DNA of 64,000 nt. It comes from Vairimorpha necatrix. Lineage: Eukaryota. The translations under genes were made by a program, and so were the position numbers. The stretch is taken from assembly GCA_036630325.1 (NCBI GenBank), contig CP142732.1, positions 806,001-870,000 of the forward strand, written 5' to 3'. This document shows, piece after piece, positions 56,678 through 64,000 of this stretch; position 1 is the stretch's first letter; each line of letters begins with the position of its first letter. The notes beneath the pieces are model-generated. The model had not been told where the DNA came from. It did not search any database and was given only the letters and a program-made list of their open reading frames with translations.

Positions 56678-59600
56678 TTAATGTCGTATCTTTATGTTGT
56701 AAAAATCTAATTTAGTTTTAAATTTGTTAGTTAAATCTTCATTATTCAGTTTGCTGAGAATTTTCTCGATTTCTCTAACATAACTTCTCTTTTTAAATAT
56801 TCCTCCACATTCACAATATTCTGTTAATTTTCTTTCATTTATTCTACCACATTTCTCGCAGAATAATTCGTCACTTAGTTCTAAATTGAGATAATGTCTG
56901 AAATATTTCTCTACTACTTCGTACACTTCTTCTCTCACAAATCTGTACATGCATTTTATACAGCGAGATCTCATGACATTTTCCAAGTTACACTTTCTGC
57001 AAATTATCAACATTTCTATATTTTCCTCATTCTTAGAATATTCATCTATTTTTAGAAGTTTCTTACAATTAGAAATGACATTATACATTTCAGGCTTAAA
57101 TCTCAAAGATATTAAAATTAGATCTGCGACTTCTCTGTCTACACTAGTCACTAAATTGTAAATATATTCACCAGTGAAATTATCTTCAGTGAAATATTTC
57201 CTAATAAATTCGGCCGGGACTTTTAAGTCACTAGTGCAAAATTGATCCTGATTTTTCATATAGAAGAAATTATTTGGGTCAATAAATAGTAATTTATCAA
57301 AATGTCTTGATTTTCTAAAGACTAAATTTCTGTATCCCTTTTTCTTACTTATGATCTTTTTACAATATTCAAATATCTTCTCTGCTGATTCACTGGTGTC
57401 TTTTTCTGTCTCAATACAGAAGATATTGGCACTTACATAAATAATATTCATCTTTAGATCATTGAAAAATGATATTAAATTGAAAATATATCTCTGGTGT
57501 AGTAGATTAATTAAATCTTTAAGACTAGTAGACAGAAATGAGGACTCCTTACGAATCCACTTCTCAATTCTATTTAAAATTAAATTACTGCCTGGAATAG
57601 ACATTTTATAATCTTTAAAGATCTTATTTACCATGTTAAATAAAACTTTGAAATCTGGTCTAAAATCTAATCTATCTGATTCATCAAATAAAACTTCATT
57701 TTCTAAAATTGACAAGATCAGAGACCCAACACACTCAAATTGTATTGAGTGGTGTTTATAAAATCTAGGATTGACCTTTTCATTCTTAAAAAGCCTGTGT
57801 GACTCGGGCCCGCCTTCAGAGACCAAAGCATTAAAATCTACAGAGGATTTATAATAAAGATAATCAAGAAAAGGAATATCATTATTACAGACAGGAATAC
57901 CTAAATAAGAACAAATACTACTCTTAGTCTCAAATGTCATTTTAAGTTCTCTGTGTAAATTCTTCTGAATCTCTAAGAGCTCTGGGAAACTACAGAGTCT
58001 CTTTTTAATTTGTATCTTCTCAGAATTGTACACATAAGAAAGGCATACTTTCTTAAGATCTTCATAATTCTTATCATTTCCATTTAGTAAAATTAGGCAA
58101 TCAACATTCTTTAAAATGAAATTTTGTAAATTTATATTTTCTACTAAGGAATGTTTAAAATTCGAAATAAAAGTAAATTTCTCATTTTTACTAAATGCAA
58201 AAATTATAAATTTCCCGAAATTGAAACTCGTCAAAATGACGAAATTTGGATTTCTGGAAATTTCATATTTATCAAATTCAGATTGGAAAATAGAAGGCAC
58301 ATTAAAATTATAAATTTCTGAGATATTGGGATTATTGACTAATTTAAGATAATAATCTGAAGAAGATGTAGAAATATAAGAAATCTTCTCTAAATTTTTA
58401 CTCTCTGGTAAATATTTCTCAGTAAATTTGACCTTATTTTCTATACAAAATATCTTATTTGCTTTAAAATAGATCTTCATTTCAATTAATTTAGATATAG
58501 AATTAAATATTTGGTTTACTTCTGATTGCTTGACTTCTATTTCTGGTTTTAATAGTGACTTGCCTTTAACAGGTTTATTTTCTACTGGATTATTTATTTT
58601 ATTGTAAAAATAAAATATATAATTTTTATCTGATTTTACAATCTTAAGTATTCCATTCTGTTCTTTTATTTTTTTACTTTCAGTAGTGATTTCTGGTTTA
58701 TTAGAATCTTGTGTCTTTTTCTTGACTACGAAATAATCAAGTAAATCTGATTTAGTGCTCTGTTTTATTGCAGGTTTTTGTATTTTAATTTCTGGTAGTG
58801 GATTCTCAATCTTCTGGTCCAATGCAGGCAAAATGATCATCTTCGACAAATAATCTTTTATGATTTTACTGTAATAATCCCAATCAATGAGATCTCGGAT
58901 TTCTAAAGACGGGGCGAATTGAGTCCATTTTTTCAAAAAGAAATCCGCTTCTTTAGATTTATAAATTAAAGAAGGGATTCTTCTATTTGACAGTGGTTCA
59001 TTTGTAGGGAAAACAGATACGAAATATTTGACTACTACATCTTCAAAATATTTAAAATCTTCAATATTCTTAAATTCGGCTAATTTCTTTGTTAATTTGC
59101 TATTATTTTCTACTTCTTTAGTCTCACTGAACATTTCTAATATTTCGTCATCACTTAAGGCCTGACATTTAGATTCTAGTAATTTAAGCCAATATCTACA
59201 GACACTGGCCAATTTATCATAACAATCTTGTAATGTATTCCCTTGTGTATATTCCTCGAATAATTCGTCCTGTATTCTTTTTAGTATTTCTAAATTATTA
59301 TATTCTTTAAGATCAAGTTTGTTCTCTCCCATGGAATCATCAAAGTTTATAATTAGATATTTCTTTTTGGACTTGTCTAACCCAAAAGGAATAATCATGC
59401 CATTATAAGGACCATTAATATTATAAAAACTATCAATATTATGTTTCTTACTGTTCATATGATTTAAGTATAAATTTAGAAAATTGATTTTCAGGTTTCC
59501 GACTAGAATTTCAGATGGAAATATCTCAGGTACTAAAATCCAGATCCCTTCTGGATTTATTTCTAAAATAGTGGATATTTTATCTAAGACTTCTTTACAC

Positions 59601-61630
59601 TCTTGTATGATTTTATCTGCTAAATTAGAAACAACAGACGACATTTCAGGCGAGCTCCATCTTGCATTTCTAAATGTCAAATATGAGTAAAATGATTTTA
59701 AAATATTTGTTAGATTATCTTTTTCTCGTATCTTTCTGATTGATTCTATAAAAAATGGAATTGCTCTTTGACAAATGTTGACGACTCTGTTTTCTTCTGC
59801 TTGATTAGCGTCTTCATTTTGATATCTTTTGGATGGGTGTGGATCTTGATTATACTCTTTTATAGTACGCTGTTCTATTTCATTAAAATTATCTATCTCG
59901 ATTTTCTTGTTACATTTAGACCTCTCTGGGAAATAGTCACATCTTATACAAATATCATCATTAACGAGAGACACGGGCTGAAGATTATTAGTCAGAATAA
60001 TATCAGAATATAACATCTTAAAATCTATATGGTAGATATTCCCTTTACATACACTATACTTGCGAATATTCATTAATTTGGTCTTAATTTCCTTCTTTAT
60101 CAAAGAGATGTCTGAATCAGAAATATTTACTAATATGTCGTCTAATGATTCAGATATATTCTTAAGTTCTTGTTCATTTAAAATAAATTGATACTCAAAA
60201 TCCGACCTGAAAATGCCCGATTTCAAACATTCAAAAGAATTTGTCACAAAGTCTATGGCTTTATCCTCGTGTATTTCTTTTATCTTTTTATTTGGTATCA
60301 AGAAAGAATGTTGAAATGCCTCAATAATTAAAAGAGCTTCACATAAAACTTCTGGTTTTTTAGTCAGTGCTTTTATAGGCGTGTATGGAATAAGAGAACT
60401 CAGACAGAATATTTGAGGCTGAACATATTTGACAGATAAATAAAAAGTAGCGACTACATCTTCTACAAAATCAGATAGCATTTTCTCATTGAGCATATCT
60501 TCAGATTCTATTTCATACTCAAGTTTCATTTTAGTAATTGACTTTAAATCATGACTTACTTCAGACAGTGTGTCGTCTTTTATGGCCCATTTATGGCAAT
60601 CAAAATGCAGAATAAATGGACATGTGTAATATTCTCGCTCTCGAGTAAATCCCGTCATATTTGTCAAATTAATTTTGTGCTTAATCATTCGTGTTTCTAA
60701 GTATGAAAAATCAAATGTATTTCCTCGGAAAGTCGAGACAATGTGCGGCTTGTAGATTTGGAATAATTCTAAAAATTTAAGAATTAATTCTTCCTCTGAA
60801 TCCATATTGTAAGAAGTAAATTGACAACATAATTCCTCTGTTGGCTCATACTCGAATGTCCCAATATCTTGTAATATTATTGATCTATTAATTATTAACA
60901 TGTTAGCTGTGTCTGTTTTTATAGCAATAGAGACTATTTCGTCATTACTTGAATCTGGATATTTGTCATGTGTCTTAATATCAAAGGCAAATACTCGCAA
61001 ATCTGGTGTTTCGGTTTTTTGACTTAAATTTATGTTGTATTCTTCTCCATTATAAGAATACTCATACCATTTCCCTGCTCTTACTTTGTAAGTATCTGAT
61101 ATTATGATCTCGGGCGGGATATCATACTCATAAATATTTAGTAAATATTCTACTATATTATTCTCTTCTTCTTTTTTATATTTCATCATGTCTTTGTACA
61201 CACTCTCGATTTTCTTATTATTTCTATTATTTAATATTGCCTTCTTGATATCTTTTAGTAATCTGTCAAATGTATTTTTATATTTGTAATTGATCTTTAA
61301 TAATTTCTTCTTTTCTTTATTTAGATAATTATATTCTGTAGAATCATATTTTTCTACAATATTACTACTTACATATCCTTCTGGATATTGATTCTTTATA
61401 TATTCCTCTACGTCTGTCTGATTTATACATTCTATTAACATAGAATAATAGAAAGGGACAGTAATGTAGAAATTCCTTAAATCTTTAGTGACGAAATATA
61501 TTCTTACATAAGATGAGGAATCTTCATTTATGACATGATCAAAATTGAAGATGTATCCTTCAATAATCTCTTGTAGGAGATATTCCTGAAATTTAAATTG
61601 TGTTTCTAGTTCTTCGATAATTTCTCTCAT
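56678..61630 (-). CDS. POL2: DNA polymerase epsilon catalytic-subunit homolog with degenerate active sites
   Basis: IYEYDIP, RAGKWY, LRVFAFDI, SGIFRSD, TNNLQP, C..CD....C/ICQR, IRDLIDWDYY, ILPALDQKIENPLP, and C-terminal CysA/CysB (CRKC..CIKC, CEKC..CECGG). Confidence 0.92.
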   Translation of the reverse strand: MREIIEELETQFKFQEYLLQEIIEGYIFNFDHVINEDSSSYVRIYFVTKDLRNFYITVPFYYSMLIECINQTDVEEYIKNQYPEGYVSSNIVEKYDSTEYNYLNKEKKKLLKINYKYKNTFDRLLKDIKKAILNNRNNKKIESVYKDMMKYKKEEENNIVEYLLNIYEYDIPPEIIISDTYKVRAGKWYEYSYNGEEYNINLSQKTETPDLRVFAFDIKTHDKYPDSSNDEIVSIAIKTDTANMLIINRSIILQDIGTFEYEPTEELCCQFTSYNMDSEEELILKFLELFQIYKPHIVSTFRGNTFDFSYLETRMIKHKINLTNMTGFTREREYYTCPFILHFDCHKWAIKDDTLSEVSHDLKSITKMKLEYEIESEDMLNEKMLSDFVEDVVATFYLSVKYVQPQIFCLSSLIPYTPIKALTKKPEVLCEALLIIEAFQHSFLIPNKKIKEIHEDKAIDFVTNSFECLKSGIFRSDFEYQFILNEQELKNISESLDDILVNISDSDISLIKKEIKTKLMNIRKYSVCKGNIYHIDFKMLYSDIILTNNLQPVSLVNDDICIRCDYFPERSKCNKKIEIDNFNEIEQRTIKEYNQDPHPSKRYQNEDANQAEENRVVNICQRAIPFFIESIRKIREKDNLTNILKSFYSYLTFRNARWSSPEMSSVVSNLADKIIQECKEVLDKISTILEINPEGIWILVPEIFPSEILVGNLKINFLNLYLNHMNSKKHNIDSFYNINGPYNGMIIPFGLDKSKKKYLIINFDDSMGENKLDLKEYNNLEILKRIQDELFEEYTQGNTLQDCYDKLASVCRYWLKLLESKCQALSDDEILEMFSETKEVENNSKLTKKLAEFKNIEDFKYFEDVVVKYFVSVFPTNEPLSNRRIPSLIYKSKEADFFLKKWTQFAPSLEIRDLIDWDYYSKIIKDYLSKMIILPALDQKIENPLPEIKIQKPAIKQSTKSDLLDYFVVKKKTQDSNKPEITTESKKIKEQNGILKIVKSDKNYIFYFYNKINNPVENKPVKGKSLLKPEIEVKQSEVNQIFNSISKLIEMKIYFKANKIFCIENKVKFTEKYLPESKNLEKISYISTSSSDYYLKLVNNPNISEIYNFNVPSIFQSEFDKYEISRNPNFVILTSFNFGKFIIFAFSKNEKFTFISNFKHSLVENINLQNFILKNVDCLILLNGNDKNYEDLKKVCLSYVYNSEKIQIKKRLCSFPELLEIQKNLHRELKMTFETKSSICSYLGIPVCNNDIPFLDYLYYKSSVDFNALVSEGGPESHRLFKNEKVNPRFYKHHSIQFECVGSLILSILENEVLFDESDRLDFRPDFKVLFNMVNKIFKDYKMSIPGSNLILNRIEKWIRKESSFLSTSLKDLINLLHQRYIFNLISFFNDLKMNIIYVSANIFCIETEKDTSESAEKIFEYCKKIISKKKGYRNLVFRKSRHFDKLLFIDPNNFFYMKNQDQFCTSDLKVPAEFIRKYFTEDNFTGEYIYNLVTSVDREVADLILISLRFKPEMYNVISNCKKLLKIDEYSKNEENIEMLIICRKCNLENVMRSRCIKCMYRFVREEVYEVVEKYFRHYLNLELSDELFCEKCGRINERKLTEYCECGGIFKKRSYVREIEKILSKLNNEDLTNKFKTKLDFYNIKIRH

Positions 61631-62207
61631 TTTGGGCTATTTTAATTTTTTGTATAAATAGTAGAGATATAAATCTCCCCCAGGTGATTTAAATAACAAG
61701 AATAGAAGCTCTTTTTTATTTGAGTCCTAGTTGATTAAGATATGTTTCAAAATAGTAACATATATATTGACTTGTATTTGATTGAAATAATTGTATCTTC
61801 TATTGTATAGTATACATATATACTAATCTGTATTGACTTAAATATGAATAAAGATGATAGTCTTATATTGTATAGTATACATATATGCTGATTTGTAGTA
61901 TTGACTCAATCAACTTGCGTCAATAACATAAATCAGTATAGATACATTACAATTGATAATGTTAAGTAATATGATTACATTACAACTGATAATGTAATAT
62001 AGTATAGATGCTTTTCAACTGATAATGTGTAAATATGATGATGTTGGTAATGCAAACCTTTTGTCTATTGACAAGCCTTTTTACATCTCATGTTCTTCTC
62101 TTCTTAATTTCATGCTGATTTTTTTTCCTTAAATATTTTTCAAAAATACTTTGTTTGTTCAAACCAACAAATTTATTTGCATAATTTTTACTCCTTCTTT
62201 AGACATC

Positions 62208-62837
62208 ATGAAGCAACAAAATATTTCTTCTAATGACAGTTCCGACCCTTTAGACAATGCCTACTGGGCCGGTAATTTTTTCTCCAAAAAAGAGCACAGT
62301 TTTCTCTCTCGTATTCCTGATTCCTACATGTCTGATTCTTTTAATCTTATCGGGTTAAATAAGAAGATCTCTAATATTGAGTCATGTTACAATGCCATTT
62401 TAGATATTTCAGAGAGTAAAGATTTTATGGGGGAGACTGTTCTTTATTATTTGGTACATCAGAGATATATTTACACTACTACAGGTCTAGAAGATATTTT
62501 AGAGAGAGTATTAAATAAAGAATATGGGTCATGTAGTCGAGTAGGGTGTTCTACTCCACTTATTCCTATAGGATGTAGTAATGAGCCCAAAGTGTCTACT
62601 ACTAAAGTTTATTGTTTTAATTGTGTGTGTCTTTATTCACCAAAAGGGCCTATTAAGGGACTTGATGGGTGCACATGGGGCAAATATTTCCCGCATTTTC
62701 TTTTACTGACTTATCCTTACAAATTTAAGAAGAAGAAGTTACAGCAGTACATTCCCAAGATTTATGGATTTAAGATTTATGAGTGGACTAATGAGGAAAA
62801 TGACTCAGTAGACGAAGATTCAGTGTGTGGGGAATAA
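62208..62837 (+). CDS. CKB: Casein kinase II regulatory beta subunit
   Basis: YMSDSFNLIGL, LYYLVHQRYI, YGSCSRVGC...KVYCFNC, DGCTWG..FPH, YIPKIYGFKI. First in-frame ATG at 62208. Confidence 0.92.
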   Translation: MKQQNISSNDSSDPLDNAYWAGNFFSKKEHSFLSRIPDSYMSDSFNLIGLNKKISNIESCYNAILDISESKDFMGETVLYYLVHQRYIYTTTGLEDILERVLNKEYGSCSRVGCSTPLIPIGCSNEPKVSTTKVYCFNCVCLYSPKGPIKGLDGCTWGKYFPHFLLLTYPYKFKKKKLQQYIPKIYGFKIYEWTNEENDSVDEDSVCGE

Positions 62838-62996
62838 ACCTTAATGATTAATAAACATAAATAAAAAATAAATATTTTTAGGGTATGCTTAGTGTAGTAT
62901 ATACTTCTAATTGTTGGTAAGAATTAAAATATATTATGTCTTATTGTAATCTTTGTTACATTTTTTCTTTTTGTTTTTATTTTGTAAATAATAAAA

Positions 62997-63254
62997 ATGA
63001 AACAACAGTTAGTTTTACAAAAAACATCTAGTAAAATTAAAAGTGTAGTCCTCGATTTATCTGAGAAAGTAAACCAGCAGGAACTCATTCTTGAAAGTTT
63101 AGACAATGAAACAAAGAAGAATTCTTCTCTGATGATTAAGAATCTGCATAATTTTGAGAAATTACTAGTTGACATGAATAAAGATCCCAGGAACAAGATA
63201 ATATTATTTCTTATAGTAATAATATTTATATTAAGCATTTATTTATACAATTAA
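62997..63254 (+). CDS. Minimal tail-anchored Qc-type SNARE
   Basis: Heptad SNARE motif with central Q (EKVNQQELILESLD) and a C-terminal TM segment. Confidence 0.7.
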   Translation: MKQQLVLQKTSSKIKSVVLDLSEKVNQQELILESLDNETKKNSSLMIKNLHNFEKLLVDMNKDPRNKIILFLIVIIFILSIYLYN

Positions 63255-63486
63255 ACAAATTTGAAATAAATTATAAATTTACTCAATTTCATAATAAATC
63301 TTACTCAATTTCATATAGTAAACTTACTTATTTATGCAGCATAAAGTAAACTTACATTTTAATTTTGCATAAACAAATATAATGTATTTATTTATCATAA
63401 TTGGGGATCAAAAATATAAGAATATATAACATATAATAATAAAAATATAAATATTTTTTTTTAATTTTTAAAATAAGTCTTTTATT

Positions 63487-64000
63487 TTACAAATTAGTGT
63501 CAAATGATAGGCCTAGTTTCTTCATTCCTATTATTTTTATATCATCTACTGTCTTCTTTATCTCCAAATATTTATTCACTGTCTTCTCATCTTCAAGTTT
63601 CTCTTGGTACCCAAGTGGCTCACAGAAGTCCACTGACAAATCAGTGTCCACTGTATAAATCACTTGAGAATAACTTGGCTCAATTTCTGTTACCGTAAAT
63701 TTTATTAATCCAATTTCTGAAAAGAGGCATTCAATCTCGTCATTCCGGCCCAAGGTCGGATAAAATTTCAAGACATTTTCCAGTTCTAATTTCGGATTTT
63801 CTACTTCTAAGAAATTCGGAGAATGGGGGAGTAACTTGAGATGGGTCCCGTGTTCTATAATTTTATAACTCAGTTTTATTTCCTCCCCGTCTTGGAGACC
63901 AAGTTGGTTGTGGATCCACCTGGGGATGAAAACTGAATCTTCTTCTGCTGTGAATTCTAAGACGCCACAGTGAGTAGATTTAGACTTGTCTGTTCTTTCT
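63487..64000 (-). CDS. UFD1: Ubiquitin fusion degradation protein Ufd1 (5' end beyond window)
   Basis: Frame open to the window edge: STHCGVLEFTAEE, FIPRWI, LKLLPHS..FLEVENPK, VDTDLSVDFCEPLGY. Confidence 0.9.
   Translation of the reverse strand, partial: ERTDKSKSTHCGVLEFTAEEDSVFIPRWIHNQLGLQDGEEIKLSYKIIEHGTHLKLLPHSPNFLEVENPKLELENVLKFYPTLGRNDEIECLFSEIGLIKFTVTEIEPSYSQVIYTVDTDLSVDFCEPLGYQEKLEDEKTVNKYLEIKKTVDDIKIIGMKKLGLSFDTNL

Noticed and set aside
62885-62965. AGTGTAGTAT resembling the U2 branch-site pairing sequence
   Set aside because: The flanking U2/U6 pairing sequence and stem IIa are not convincing; it cannot be called without a covariance-model search.
1111-63698. Numerous 60-105-aa ORFs antisense to or overlapping real genes, and isolated F/I/L/K-rich ORFs
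   Set aside because: Shadow ORFs expected in very AT-rich DNA; many use TTG/GTG starts not expected in a eukaryote.

Overview
Very AT-rich, essentially intron-free eukaryotic DNA. The compact, divergent core genes and the CCC-type motif just upstream of most start codons point to a microsporidian (Nosema/Vairimorpha-like; inferred). The window has four zones. (1) 1-20 kb is gene-poor, with six paralogs of an unannotated ~180-aa mostly signal-peptide-bearing family interspersed with decayed transposons (Ginger-like integrase element, RLE-type non-LTR fragment, internally deleted Merlin, possible gypsy remnant). (2) 20-31.7 kb is a dense housekeeping cluster (MscS, IntS11/CPSF73-like, RRP4, ERCC1/RAD10, SKI2, Exo70-like, RPT5, acyltransferase). 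(3) 31.7-51.6 kb is gene-poor, with two paralogous C2H2 zinc-finger genes, a DD34E Tc1-like element whose ends are inverted minisatellite arrays, a multi-hairpin ncRNA candidate, a MITE, a membrane-protein gene split by one in-frame stop, and a 3.9-kb Ty3/gypsy element with identical 124-bp LTRs. (4) 51.6-64 kb is a second core cluster (UTP23, DIM1, ORC2, RhoGEF, POL2, CK2-beta, Qc-SNARE, UFD1). The most striking observation is that the uninterrupted 1650-aa DNA polymerase epsilon ORF has lost the catalytic signatures of both the polymerase (DTD->NPE, motif B altered, fingers shortened) and the exonuclease (DIE->DIK) while keeping its cysteine clusters, so it appears to be a catalytically dead Pol epsilon.
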